DNA of 64,000 nucleotides from NCBI GenBank assembly GCA_012295275.1, contig CM022670.1:2666001-2730000 (forward strand), written 5' to 3'. This document shows positions 24,542 through 39,942 of the stretch, piece by piece (the stretch's first letter is position 1; every line of letters begins with the position of its first letter). A program made the position numbers and the translations under genes. A model generated the notes under the pieces. The model saw only the letters and a program-made list of their open reading frames with translations. It searched no databases and was not told the DNA's origin. The DNA is from Chrysomallon squamiferum (taxonomy: Eukaryota; Animalia; Mollusca).

Positions 24542-26305
24542 ATGTGGGGACGTCAGATAGGGTGGATGTCATGGCAGTTCTGTGTGTTTGGCCTCGTCAG
24601 CATCGTCATGACATCGGCGCAAGATATGCAGGCGTACACACAACAGTTCACAATAGAGGAAGAGCAGAAAGGGGGGTTGTTTATAGGCACAGCAGGAAAG
24701 GGGATTCCACAGATTAGTGCCCCATTTAGTAAGTTAATATCCCCTGGTGCTGGAAATACTATTGATCAAAGTTTCAGGGTGAATCTGTTAAATGGCCAGA
24801 TTTGGACCAAAATACCACTGGACAGAGAAACAAAACAGCAGTACACTTTTTATCTCGTCCCTAGCTCCAGTATGTCTTCCGCAGTTTTGAGAATACTTAT
24901 TAATCTCACAGACATTAATGACAACAGTGCTGAATTCAGTCTTCTACAGGTAAAGCCCATTCCAGAAAATGCTCCTGTTAATATGAAAATTCCCCTTGGA
25001 AGTGTAACAGACAGAGATACTGACCAAAATGGTATTCAGAAATGTGAGATAATTTCAGGAAATATAGGAAACGCTTTCAGATTAGAGACGCGTAAATCTG
25101 GAAGTTTTGAAACTATTCTGGATTTATTAGTGAATCGAGTGCTGGACTATGAAGTGACACCATACTACCGGCTTGTTGTCAAAGCTTCTGATGGTGGCAA
25201 TCCACAAAAAACAGGCACCATGGTAGTTAACATAACTATAGAGGATCAAAATGATTACCAACCAAAGTTTAATCTCAGTAAATATTCTGCTCGCATTCCA
25301 GAAAATGCCACTGTAGGTACCAGTGTGTTGCAAGTGTTTGCTGAAGATCTGGACTCAGGAGAGAATGGGAAAGTTAGGTATTCTCTGAATTATCAGTCTG
25401 ACCCTGAGAAACATTTTGTTATTGATCCCGTTTCAGGCATTGTGCGAGTTAATAAACCATTAGATTTTGAAATGAAACCAGAATATAGTTTTGCCGTTGT
25501 TGCTACCGACAATGGTTCAAATCCCCAGTCTGCAAGTGCAGCTCTCGAAATATTCTTGAAAAATATCAATGAAAATCCGGCAAATATTACTCTTACATTC
25601 CTACAGTCGAGCAACAAGAGTGGAAGGGTTCCAGAAAATGCTGCCAAGGGGACGTATGTTGCAAGGATTTCTATCAGTGACCCTGACAGCCCTAACGATT
25701 TCTTCGTCAACGCCAATGTCACTCTTCTGGGTGGCAAGGGAGTTTTTGGTTTAGTGGAACAAAACAAAGTGGTCTTTCTTGTGATAGTTTCAGAGCCACC
25801 AGACAGGGAAGTTACTCCGTTTTATAACCTGACTGTCATAGCAACCGATTCGGGAGACCCACCCCTGCATGCGATGAGGTCTTTCACAATTTGGATTGAC
25901 GACATCAATGACAACAGACCTCGCTTCACAAAAGACGTCTACCACGCTGATATCCGGGAAGCCGCCGAGTCAGGAACGTTTGTGATCAAAGTTTCCGCCA
26001 CGGATACTGATGATGGCAACAATGCAAGGATAACTTACTCTCTGGCAGACACAACTCAGTCGAGCTGGTTTCAGATCGACAGCAACAACGGCATCATCAC
26101 CACCAGGGAAGGGATAGATTGTGAAATTGAGGCTGAGCCTGTGCTGGTGGTTGTAGCGACGGACGATGGGGTCCCTCCCCAGTCCTCCTCAGCCTCAGTT
26201 GTTATTCATGTTCAGGATGTTAATGATAAACAGCCAGAATTTGATCAGAGTTTTTACAGCGTCAAAGTGGCAGAAAACACACCAGTAGGAAGGTGTATTT
26301 TAACG
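24542..26305 (+). CDS. ds: Dachsous protocadherin, first coding exon (signal peptide, EC1-EC5, start of EC6; 588 aa); gene continues beyond the window
   Basis: MWGRQIGWMSWQFCVFGLVSIVMTSAQD signal peptide; cadherin motifs PEN, LDRE/LDYE/LDFE, DxNDN; IDCE...DGVPPQSSSASV...DVNDKQPEFDQSFYSVKVAENTPVGRCIL closely matches the recalled Drosophila Ds EC5/EC6; donor acg|gtaagt at 26306, phase 0. Confidence 0.93.
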
Positions 26306-29300
26306 GTAAGTGAAACTTTTTGAATCTATGGTACTTAGCAGCTGCATAATGGAAAAATGAAAATAACCTGCAAGAAAATAAAGAAAATAGAAAAAAATAA
26401 AAATCAATAAATTTAAAAAGTAAGAACTACTACTACTCATGTTTTATATATATATATTTCTGATCATCTGTATGTAAATTAACTAATATTTAAATGCTAC
26501 CATTAATAGCAGTCATGACAATTCATAATGGCATGTTTAGATGTGTGAGAAAAATGACAGTACAGCTAACTACAATCACACATATGATTAAAGAAAAAAA
26601 ACATCAAATTACATTTAATTCGTTTCTGTTAATTAATTTAGGGAAAACATAAATTATCAACATTCCACAAGACTTCATTTTTCATTTTGCAGGTTGTTTT
26701 CACCATATTTTGTGTGTTATTTTTTTTAATTCCATTTGCCTTTGTCAGTTTGTACATATATATATGTTTTTTTTCAGCTTAAAAGGAACGATATGCCTTC
26801 TTCATTAAATATTTCTTTTCTATTTGAGAATTCTCTACATTTTTGCTTCCTTTTCTTTTAAAATATGTTTTAGCTATATTTCTCTCTGTATTCTATTTTT
26901 TTTTTCTTACTACATTCTATCCATTTATCTTTCTTAGAATTTCTTTTCTTATCTAAGACTGCTATGCATCACCAGTCCCCTGCTGGGATTCTCCACATTT
27001 GCATTTCCTTAGGGAGTCCCATGTATTGTACGTTTCCAGATTTTTTAAGTGGATCTGTTTAACTGGTTCATTGAAGGCATGGTCCTTCTCATAGGTTCAT
27101 GATGCATTGTCCACTATGAAACTTGCATTGTCCACTACCACACCAGAAGGTGTCCAGAGCACAGGGGAGATGTCCCCTTGTTTTGCAGCTAATCAAGTGA
27201 ACACATTCTACTGGGCCTCCTCAACCTCAGACTCTTAAAGTTGCCCCTATTCTTCTGGCACCATCTGCAGATAAATGAATGTACAGAACTTGTGTTTGTC
27301 TTTGAAGACAGGGGGGCATTGAGAAATTAATGGGGAGCTGGGCAGTGTTATTTTAGCACATTCTTTTTCAGCATTGAGTAAATTAGATTTTTCTCTTTTT
27401 TTTCCGAGGGGCTTTATAGTTTATTGGACAAGGTGGTAAATGCTTCAGATGTTTAATAATAAAAATTATGGATGCATTGTTGTTGGTCTGAGTTTATCAA
27501 GTACAGATGGGTCAATATTCACCTGCAAGTGTTTGATTGAATATTATCACTGGACTTCCTGGTGATGATAATTAATCCAGGTGATTGTAATTAATTGACT
27601 TATACATTGTTGTTTTAGATAAATAAGTGTGGACTTTGTGAATATAATATTAATTCCTTTATACAGTTTTTACTAATGATCTGTATGTCATTAGTAAAAT
27701 TGGGTTTAAATTTGATTTCATTCAGAAACAGAAATATTTAGCTACATATTGTATACAACAACACAACAGATAATTCATGTTATGGATAATGTATTACTGA
27801 AAATATTATTTATTTTTATATACAACTACATTTATTTTTTTAAATGTAACTCAAAAAAAAAAAAAAAAAAAAAGCAAAATATTATGAAAGAAACAACAAA
27901 AGCAAAGGAACATTTTAACTTTAATTTTTGACACAAAATTCAACCAGTAGTCAGTTTGTAAAGTGTATCATTTGACTACTAATGCCTGCAGACATTTTAC
28001 TGTTACCAAACTTCTTCATGTTTCAGTTATTAATTTCAAATTGTACTTTGGACAGGTTTTTTTTTTTTCTTTCTAAAACGATAACACATATTTATGTATC
28101 TAGAAGACATTAAAATCACACTGTTCTTAATATGACACTGCAACTTGTTAAAATCACATGCTTGGCTGGATAATATTTTTAGGCTGTACCGGTTTACCTC
28201 AGTGTTATAAATGCATTATACCATTTCATTGTTATTTATAATTATGTTGAGCAGAAAGGGCTGTTTTTATTAGGATATTGTTATTAAAATGATATCATCT
28301 GATAGGCAAAGTTTACAATGAACAGTCATGTACTTGGCTTTAAAGAAAAAAAGCTCAGAAAAAGAAGAAAGAAAGAAAGAAAAAGCTCATTTGAATTTAA
28401 CCTATTTCTTTACTGGAAGTGTTTTATAATTAGAAATAAGTGTTGATTTAGTATTAATAACAAAAACAATGACAAAACATACATTAATAAACACACTTGC
28501 AGATATGCATAGTATATACAGAAACACAGACAGATCATACATACACACACAATGTAAATACTAGCGGTAATGTTTAGTTTTATTTCCATAACTGTTTTCA
28601 GATAATTTTTTCATGGGCACATACTCAAGATTTCACTAGAGAGTTCTGCTCAGTGAAAATCTACCTGTCACCTATTTTAATTGTTCAGGTGGACCTACCA
28701 ATTATCCAGGTATTGTTTCAGTTGGCAGCTGGGATAAAAAGAAATCTCCAGTTTTGAAAAGACAAAGCATTTTGGTCAGTGCTAATTATTTAACTTGCCT
28801 TTTGTGCCGAGAAATGTCTGACACCTTTTATAAACCTCGAGGTTAATAGCAATTAGTGGATTTTTCATGTATCAACAGGCTTACCTGGGACCTCTGTGAT
28901 TCTGGTAAATATGCTTTGTGATCACCTGAAAGAAATCATTCATCCACCATAAGAGCAGCCAGCTGTACTTCCATGTTTTTCATTTCACACTTAGTCAATT
29001 AAAACTCTCCTGGACATCTATTGTATGACCAGCAAACAAATGGACACACAGACATACACACACACCTTGACCCAGCTGAAAACATTTTTTTTTTCTTTCA
29101 CAAAAGGTTTTCTTGTCTGTGTGTTATGTCAGTGTTGTGTGGGTAACAAATAAAGGTGTGTGTGGTCATTGTAAATATAACTATTGCTCCCGGGGTCAGT
29201 CACGCTGACCTGTGTCCAGTCTAGAACTTAGGTTTGACCAGGCTGGAGTGAAATTCACACAAAGAGTTCAGAGAGTAAACACAGTGTTTCCTGCTGTAAG

Positions 29301-30286
29301 CTGTGCTTGTGAGTCCACGATGGAGTCTGGCAAAGGATGTGGAGAGCGTTCAATTGAACAAATTCAAACATGGCTGAAAAATCACACACTTTAAAAAATA
29401 AAAAACATTAGTTCTGATTTTTAGTGTCAACTTTAAATATACATAGTTGTAATGATAATGTTAGTTAACTTTTAATAATTTAAATAAATTTAAAATTTAA
29501 ATATTTAAAATATTACTCATCAGTAGTTTTTTGTTTAAAAACTATTTTTGTATATGTGTGTGCCTTTTTTTGAGATGTTGCTTCACAGTAGTTTTTTTTT
29601 AATAAAGTGTAGCTTTTTAGACAGGATGGAATTATATATTTACAGTAATTTACAAATTTTTAAATTTTAATACAGCAGAAGAATAGTAAAAACCAGAAAA
29701 AATAAAATTTTAATAAAAATAAAAATATCTGTTTGGTGCATTTATTTACGTATATACATTTTAAATTAGTAATTCTATATTGCATGGATCAATAAAGTTG
29801 ATGTATAATTTTAGTCATAATTTTTTTCATATTGCTGTATTAATATCTTCATTTACCACGTACTATAATTGTTAATATCAGTAAAAATAAATTGCTTTGA
29901 AAATTAAAAAAAAAATTTGTTAAGAACATTTTTGTTATCTTTATAATTAAATTCATTTATAAGTATTTCTTTAACAAGAATTATGTAATTACATTTGTTA
30001 GTTTTTGCCTTTGAATTAATAATAAAATTTATTTTAAATTACTCCTTTAATAAGAATATTCTTTTCTTAATGTAAATATATTATACATTAAATAAAAAAT
30101 GTTCGCTAAAGGTAGTATTTGTTTTTGTAAGAAATTTTTAGAAAAATGAACTGTAAATTGGAAATAATATTAAACTCTTTTACATATAAAAGTAAGCAGA
30201 CCTTTTTACAAATACATTTTTATTTTGGGGTTGAAAAGACATGTCTTGTACAAAATTTTATTCATTTTATTTATAATATCCTGTAA

Positions 30287-30324
<38 letters not shown>

Positions 30325-30348
30325 AAAGATGCATTGATAGAAAAACAG

Positions 30349-30352
<4 letters not shown>

Positions 30353-30437
<85 letters not shown>
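30353..30437. repeat. (GA)n microsatellite
   Basis: Directly visible. Confidence 0.95.
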
Positions 30438-30439
<2 letters not shown>

Positions 30440-31853
30440 GGGACAGGGACTGAGGGAGGGAGAGAGGCCAACCAACCAGACAAATTCTTCTGCCATTTAA
30501 ACAGAAAAACAAAAACAAAAAATGAAGTTTTTAAAATATCACATTCCACATTCCAAGACTTCACTGCATGTGTGTTAATTGTTCCTGCTAGAAAAAACCA
30601 ACAAGAGTTCTTGTTTCCTTTTCTTTGTTTTCACTTCTTGTGACCCTCAGTTTCGGCTCATTGCGTGGCAATATATCTGTGACTGCTGCTTATTTCCTCC
30701 AGACATTCCTCTCTGGTTATCTATATGGAAAATCCCTGTTCCCTGACAAGACTGATAGCTGAGAAGCCACCACCAGGCATACTTCACTCCAGTATTATGT
30801 GAAAAACAGTTTAGTGAAAAGTTTCATTATGTCTTGTGAAAGTTGAAGTGGGCTGTTTATCACTGTTAGACACTTGCTTGGGAGATCATATGCAGCAGTA
30901 TAACCTGCTTCAGTGATAAATTTCTTATTTAACTTTGTCATGTCACTTTGTGACGCCGTAGGTGAGAATATGGATATATCTGAATATTTTCAATGCATTT
31001 AAATGTATGGGCATTATTGGTGTTTAGTTATTTACATATATATTAATAATAAATATTAGTGCTGTTATCAGACGTCTCCTGTTTAATGTACATGATAATG
31101 AGATTTGGGAAACTTATTAAACAAGTCTTTTCAATCCTTGAGGAATAATGACGATAATAATAAAAAATAATAATAACAATAAATAATAATAAAATGATAT
31201 TAAAAAAACCTGAAGATTTGTTTTCTGCAATCTTACAGTTAAAAGGAAAATATTTAGTTTTCACTCTGCATGTATTAAACTATAAAATTACTCTTATTTG
31301 AAAAAAACTAAACAAAAGAAAGAAATTAATTTTAAAAGTAGAAAAAAAAAAATACAAATAAACACGTTAATACAAGCAAACAAAATAGAGAGATTTTAAA
31401 CTAGATAATAATATACATTTCGTGTCTTTGTGTCTACATGACAAAAAATTGAATTGTATACTTTACATATGTTATATATATCTGTTCTGTCACTGTTCTG
31501 TCACTGTATGTATATAGATTTGTAGATTTTCACCTTACTTACACTTACAGGTACATCCATTAGAACCTGTATATATTTAACTGTTTTATGCCACTGTACA
31601 GGTAGATCATTTTCAAGTATATATTTATTTTTACCTTAGCAAGTAGATTAATTTGTATATTTTTACCTAACTTAGTTGCTATGGTGACTGTTCAGCTGGA
31701 TCAGCTTTGCTTGTTTTCTGAGAACCTCTTCAGAGTTTGTTTTTCTCTCCCACATCCTCAGTTCAATACTGCAGAACTGACTCTACCCTCTATCGATCAC
31801 AACAGTTTAAATATTTGACACAAAGAAAGATGGGGAATTTTTCCTTCAAAGAG

Positions 31854-31884
<31 letters not shown>

Positions 31885-32788
31885 AAATCAATTGTACCTG
31901 TTCTGTTTTCAGTTTTAAATGTATATATATATATATAAAGTAAAATAAAATATAAATAAATAAATAAATGTTTGAAATTTGTATTGTTTAAGGTTACTAT
32001 TTTTTGAAATTTGTATTGTTTAAGGTTACTGTTATTAAAACAATGTTTAAATTTAAATTTTTGTGATTCTTTCTATTATTTAAATCTGACCTATATTAAT
32101 TTTATGTCTATCTTTTACACACACACACACACAAAATACAATTAATGACCTATATATGTCACACTTAAATAACATATATCTTTTAATATAATGAAAATTT
32201 AAAACAGATTTTTAATATATATATATATTTTTTTTTATTTTTATTTATTTTATATTATTTTGTCTTATTTTATCGTATATTATTTTATTGAATCATGAGG
32301 TCTGAGAATTTTTTTGGAAAGTTCAAAAGTAACCCACTGTATTTAGCAGTTCATGAAAGCAACCAGAACCCTTTAAACCATGTAGAGTACTTGTCAGTGT
32401 GTTAAACTTCATGTCTGACAACTGTTAGAGCCTGTAGCTGGGATGTGCTGATAAAATCACAGTAGTTTGTGCCACAAGGTGGGTTGTCCTGTTGGGAAAA
32501 TGAACCCACTTGGCCTGATTTTATGGCTGCAGTCGGCTGTGACTAGATAACATTCTTGTTGGGGTCCTGCTCTGCTGCTTTGCTGGATGGTTAACCAGTG
32601 GCTGGAACACTTAAACACATTGTCAGTTGTATGGTTAATACCATTTTTATTTCACTGTTACATCTATTGTTATATACTACCTTCCATCCAGTCGCTATTG
32701 TTTGTCTATTATTAGTTTTTATTCAGGGTTATTATTATGTTTTAGTCACTGTTCAGTTAATTTTTTGTTTTATTGTTTCACAGATAAC

Positions 32789-32950
<162 letters not shown>

Positions 32951-33381
32951 TTTATTTATTAATTTTTTATTTATTTATTTATTTAACTTTTATTTATTAT
33001 TACTGAAATAGTACAAAACTAAATTAATTAACAACCCTTAAACATATACAGCAATATTTAAACTTACTTTTACACACATCTGGGTTCATTATTTTAAAAC
33101 TGCAGTTTTTAAATTTACTGTTATATATTATTATCCCATTACTTCCATTTTTATATCACAGTTACCTATTATCATCATTTTGTTTTAACTTGCACACAGT
33201 TACTATTTTTATTTCACTTTTATGTAATTGTTAATTTATACTTCCATATTTTTTATTACTACACTGTTGTTTATTTTTCTAATATTTGTTGTATATGAAG
33301 GTAATTTTATAAATATAATTATTATTATTATTATTTTTTTTTTATTATTATTATCATCATTTTTATTTAATTTTATTTATT

Positions 33382-33420
<39 letters not shown>

Positions 33421-33665
33421 TTTTTACAGTTACACATTATTATTTTTTGATATCTGTCCAATTAATGTGATTATTAATAATTTGTATTTTTACCTAGTTA
33501 TATACTATTATTTACTCTCTTTGGTCCCATTAATATTACTTTTATTACACTGTTATCTATTATTGTCTGTTTGTCCCTAGGCCAATTCCTGTTATTTTTA
33601 TTTTACTCAAAAAACAGTTTCTTCTAATGGTTATATTAGCCTAACTTTTTATTTTAGTTTGTTGG

Positions 33666-33791
<126 letters not shown>

Positions 33792-35354
33792 TTATTTTAT
33801 TTTATTTTCACTATTATTTATTATTTTATTATTTTTATTATTTTAATTTTATTTATTTTATATTTATTTTTTTTAATTTTATTTTATTAACTACTATGTG
33901 TGTGTGTAAATTTTATATAAATATAAATGTACAAACACACACACACTTATAAATATAATTATATTATTTGTTCTAGAGTTAAGGCCATGACTTAAATAAA
34001 TATACATCGTTCACAATGTTCATTTAGTGAAGCTTGTTGTTTGTCATGTTGTGTGTTTGTATAAGTAAGTGTGTGTGGTTTACACCATGTGTTACTGTCA
34101 CTAGTTCCACCTGCTACTACAGTTATCTGCTGCTTGTGCCACCTGCTACTACAACTACTACTGCTACTACTTCCACTACCCTTTCTACTACTTCAGGTTA
34201 CTGTTCTGTTACTCCACTGAGTATTACAACTTGTGTTACTGTTGTTACTATTATTGTGAAGAAAAAAAAAGTATTTTCTGTTAGGTTTTTTTTACTTTAT
34301 TTCTGACCTAGACTTAAAAAATGCATACAAAAAAATTTATTTTTTTCCCCTTGAAATGTAAAATCAGAATAGCTGAATATTTTGTAAATTATGCACACAT
34401 TTGTTGTTTGGAATGAAAATCCTAAAATTCGCCAGGTAAATTAAAATGTGGGTGTGCACAGACTGAATCAACATGGAAGCAGAAGTTTGTTCTTTCTGCA
34501 TCACCTGACCACACATAATGAAGTTTGTCGGAAACGAAGTTTGTCTCAAATGGACGGTGGTGTTTTCTAAATGACTACATCTTAATGTTTGAGCAGCAGA
34601 CAGACATTGTTGAATGTTTGTGACTAAATTCTTTTGCCAGTTAAATAAATTATTTATTTTTCATTGGCAAATGACAGGTTGTGTATGAAGGCAAAATTGT
34701 TTATATTTGTTTTGGATATTAGCTTCTTTTTTTTAATTTTTTTTTTTAAAGGATATATGATTTTGGGAAAAACTAAATATATTAAAATTTAGGTTTGTTT
34801 TTTTGCAATAAAATATGTGTAAAATATTAATTTTTATTTTTTGTGTTATAACATATTTTTACTTTACGAATAAGTTTTTGACCTCTTTTTTAGATAGGTA
34901 TTTCATTTTATTTTATTTTATTTTATTTTATTTTATTTTATATTTATATTTATATTTATATTTTATTTTATTTTATTTTATTTTATTTTGCTTCATTATT
35001 TTAATTTATATTTCATTTTCTTTTCTTTTAAGTTTTATACATATTAATTCAATTTACTTTGCAATATTTTATTTCATTTTAGTTTTTCATTCATTTATGA
35101 AACAAACTTGCTTCTGTTTGGTGTGACACTATTAAAATCAGTAGCTACGAGCTGACTTGTGTATCATCACCTGACATGTACTGTGTGTGTAATAGGTGTT
35201 TGATGGAGTGCTGGCTGCCAGTGTGACATTAGACCTAATTGAACTCCTACTGAGAAACCATTTCACCCAGACAGCCTGTTACAGATTGGAATTAATGGCC
35301 AATTTAAGACAGCATAGTGATAATTTATTTATCAATTTACTGTGAACTGTCTTT

Positions 35355-35357
<3 letters not shown>

Positions 35358-35426
<69 letters not shown>

Positions 35427-35540
35427 ACAGACACACAAACACACACACACGAACATGCACACACACACACACACACACACACATAAACACACACACACGA
35501 ACATGCACACACACACACAAACAGACACAAACACACACAC
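35358..35540. repeat. (CA)n imperfect microsatellite
   Basis: Directly visible. Confidence 0.95.
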
Positions 35541-38500
35541 TGTTATTAAACAAGCTTGTATTTTTGTTTTAGATTGTATATCTTATTATTATTTTATTAT
35601 TATTATTATTATATTATTATTTTATTATTATTATTATTATTATTATTTTATTATTATTATTATTATTTACACACACATACACATATATATGGAGGTCACA
35701 TATGTACATTAACATAAACATATCCTGTATTTATAAGACCTTTTCAGAGACATAAAGACCTCTAGTCACCTGCAAATCTTTACACAAGCACCACACACAC
35801 ACAGACACACACATACACACAAATGTACATATAAAATGAAGTCCTTTAAAGACAATATAAGTACTGATACACTAAAATACCTTCACAGACACTACACATA
35901 TGTGGTTACAAGATACATATACTTCACATTTACACACATAACACACACAAACTCACACAGACAAACAAGAAAACACATACACACATAAACTAACGGCCAC
36001 AGACACCCACAACAATTAAACATGTTTAAATTAACCCAGTTTTCACACATGTTGAAAGCCGATACCCATTTTACCTGACACCACCATTCATTGGGCTGTG
36101 ATTTAATGAAAGTTTGGTTTCTTTTCAAAATCCCCAAACCATCAATTAGGATTATTTTCACCTGCTTCCTAGGAGATCAAAAGAAATTTCCATGTAAAGA
36201 GGAACTGTAGGTCAGTGGATAATTTATTCTGTCTTTGTTGTTGTTGTTGTTTTGTTTGTTTTGTTGTTTTTATGGGTTTCTTGGATTCTTAGATTACATG
36301 AAAGCCGAATAATGGTGGACATTTTTACTAGTTTTTACTTATTGGTTAAAGATTTATTTGTGTGTAGGGAAAACATTCACTATGGTTTCATAATATATTA
36401 AAATTAAACTATATTTTGTGGACATAATTATATATGAGATATTTGAGAGAGAAAGGAAAAAAACAAAACAACCAAAAACATTTAATTATTTAATAGTTTT
36501 TGTAATATATATGCATATACATGTTTATATTATGTATATTTGTATATCTGATTGTATGTATGTATAAAAATACATATATGTAATTATACTCCATTTTAGA
36601 AAACATTTATTACCTACATGTATGTAGATAATTATCCTGAATGCAAAAGGTTACGTTTAACACAAAATATTTAATGAACCAAAACCTTATTTTTTCAATT
36701 ACATAAAAAAAGCAGTGTGTCAGATTTTCATGCCTTCTTGTCATACACAATAACTTCATTGACTGTTTGCCAACAGCCTACCTCCACAGTTGTATTGACA
36801 CTGGGACAAATGCACACACGTGGAATTTGTGACACTGACCCTTGTGACACAATGCTGAACGGACAACAGACAAAAAGTTCAGTTACTAATTCCAATCCAC
36901 GTCAACAAGACTTGGTCCACTTTCAAGAAGTCCGTGGACTTAGTGTGTGTAGCTCGTTTGACAGAATCCTTGTCAGGGATTTCACTGACAAAAGAAAAGC
37001 TTGTAATTGGTTGCTTGCAAGACGGATGGATTTTGTTCCTTGAATCACTGCAAAGTCACGATTCTGTTTCTTTCTTTACAATGTGTTGTTTTCCAACGCT
37101 GATGTAGTAGTTACTGTAGCTGGCATCCTGGTCATGCTACAGTTATATTTAGATTCTGGTGAAGGAAGCTTATATTTATTTAATGTTCTAAATCAATTTG
37201 GTTTATAATTTGTTTGAAGGGTGGGAATCCTAGTTACTATGGCTTAAATTTATTCAGGTACTAATTATTACAGCCCAGGAATGGCAGTTGTAACTGTTCT
37301 GTTTTATGGGTGAAGTTTTAAATCATTTTATTTTTAAAATCAAATAATAATAATAATAACTACTACTACTACTACTACTACTAATAATAATAATAATAAT
37401 TAATAAAAATAAATAAATAAATAATAAATAAACCAGCCAGATATTGAAAAGGTTTAACAACAACAACAATATACATATATGTATATATTTTATATATATA
37501 TATATATGATACATATGGTTTTCATTTATACAAACATCTTTTTTCAACATCTAAAAAATTTTGTGAATACTTTTATAACAAAGCAACACATCAGCATTTG
37601 CTTATAACATGCAAAACACATTATTATCATTATTACTATTATTACGATAGTGCAATTTCACCACAACAGTCAAACGTCCCTGTCTTTTCTTCCAGTTAAG
37701 AAAAAACTTCCAATTATTAGAGCAGACATAACACTTGTATTTTTGATTTGCTCCATGCCTGACATACTTGCTGTAATTATAGCCTGTCGAGATTTGAATG
37801 AGCGTTTTACCCACCCTGCTTCTTCTGGGCTATTGTCAAGGAGAAGCAGTGTTCTGAAGGTTTTCAAAGATAATAACTCCTTATCTGTTAATAAGGGTCT
37901 TCAGCTAGACTGCCCTTCAATAACCAGTGATGAATTTGTCTTTTCTGAACAAGGAGGAGATGCTTTCTGACTTCTTTCTTCTTTTATTATTTATAAATTG
38001 TTGTCTTGTCTTCAATGAATTATAAAAAAATAAAATTCTCTTTATTTTTTCCTTCTCTTTTCACTTTTCATTGCATTTATTGTTATTATTATTTTTTTTA
38101 TCTCTTTTGTATATTTTTATTTTGTAACTGTGAAAAGCATGGTTTTTTTCTTCTTCTTCATTTTCATCAGAACCCAGGTTGGTTTTTCTTTTTCATTTGT
38201 TTGTCCTCAAAAACTGGGTTGTGAGATCTTCCTCATGAATGTATGCCTTGAGTGTGCATCTCCCATTACTTAGCACTTTAATGTTCACCGCTGTTGTGAC
38301 GAGGGAACGGAGAGGAGCAGAGAACAATGTGAGGGGTGTCGCCCCGCGAGTGGCTGCTCCAGCACGCCACGTGGGTCACAAAGAAAAGGGGCTGTTTTCT
38401 TCTCAAAGGATAGTTTATGGGATGTATGAGAAAATCTGGCTGTCAATGGGAATGATCTGGAAAAAGCTGAAACCAGCTTGTTAACGGTGTATTCGAAATC

Positions 38501-39708
38501 TGACCTGTATTGTAATTTGTTCCTTTCTTCTTTGTTGTTGTTGTGTTTTTATTCACTTTAAAAAAAAAATTATCTTTTGAACTCGGCTCACATCCACACA
38601 CTAGGTTTTCTGACTGAAAACAAATTACCCCTGCAGTCAGAAATTACCAGTGAGAAGTTATTTCTAATCATTAATCATCAAAGGTCCTTGCCTAGACGCA
38701 CAGCTCCCTTCCGTACCCATACCCACAGGGTACATTTTAAATTACTCGAGTTATCACTGCTTGCATCTAGAGTTCGTGCATTCACAGAACCATTCATGTG
38801 TGCTGCTGATAATCATCATAAACATATTTTAAAAGCCTGGCTGCAGGTTTGTTAGTCACTTGGTTTATGGATATCTTTACATATTTTATATATAATTTCC
38901 AAACTGTAGAAATTACAGAGCACCACTCTCTTAAAATTACAAACTGTTGAATGGATCTGCATTAAAGTATATATGTCAACTCTACTGATAATTTGAACCT
39001 ATGAATTTTTATTTTTATTTTTTGTTTTTCATTCTCTCCCTCTTTATTTATTTTTTTAAATAAGAAAGCTTTTATCATAACATGAAATAACTTAAAAGAT
39101 AAATTTAAAGCTTACTGAATAATTTTTTTTAAGTATATGTTTTAAATTTAGTTAAAAAGTTAAATGCTTTCATTGGGAACTTATCTACGGGTAAAATAAA
39201 TGACATTATAAACATTAGGATTTGTAAATTACAATAGATCAAAGCAGTTAGTAAATTCTTCCTGTTTCAACCAGTTCTTTTATTTCTTTCTTTACATACA
39301 TGTATATTTATTTCATTTTGCTTCTGTTAGACAGAAATCTTTTGAAAACTGGTCTGATTTTAGATTATGTTTCTACAAAATACATGGCTGATTATGTTAA
39401 GTAATAATTTGTTTTCAATTTATATCTATTTTTTGTACTGCTGCATTAAAAGCAAATGTACTTTAAAAACACTTTAATTTTTTTTATCATTAATGATAAT
39501 AAATGAGAATTTAACTTTTTTTGAATACATTTTAACAATTATTATGGGAAGTTGAAAATAGATTTGTTTATAAACTTTGTATTCTTTTTTTTGTTACTTT
39601 GACATTATTTTGTTATTATTTTATTATCATTTTGTGGGTTTTTTTGGCATGTCTATGTTTGTGTGAGTGTTTATGTGTGTGTTTATGTTTCTGTGTCTCT
39701 CTGTTAGC

Positions 39709-39721
39709 GTGTGTGTGTGTT

Positions 39722-39803
<82 letters not shown>

Positions 39804-39855
39804 TGTGTGTGTGTTTGTGTAAGTGTGTGTGTGTTTGTGTGTGTTTGTGTAAGTG

Positions 39856-39938
<83 letters not shown>
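39709..39938. repeat. (GT)n imperfect microsatellite
   Basis: Directly visible. Confidence 0.95.

Positions 39939-39942
<4 letters not shown>

Noticed and set aside
25127-25767. Antisense and alternative-frame ORFs within the cadherin exon (also 2091, 2520, 2617, 13435, 14562, 4968)
   Set aside because: Shadows of the real coding strand
24542-26305. Assignment as Fat/Fat4 or a clustered protocadherin
   Set aside because: IDCE in EC5 and FDQSFY...ENTPVGRCIL match Dachsous; no TM in this exon and no tandem variable exons
36717-38855. 60-108-aa ORFs in intronic islands as further dachsous exons
   Set aside because: No cadherin motifs and no continuation of EC6
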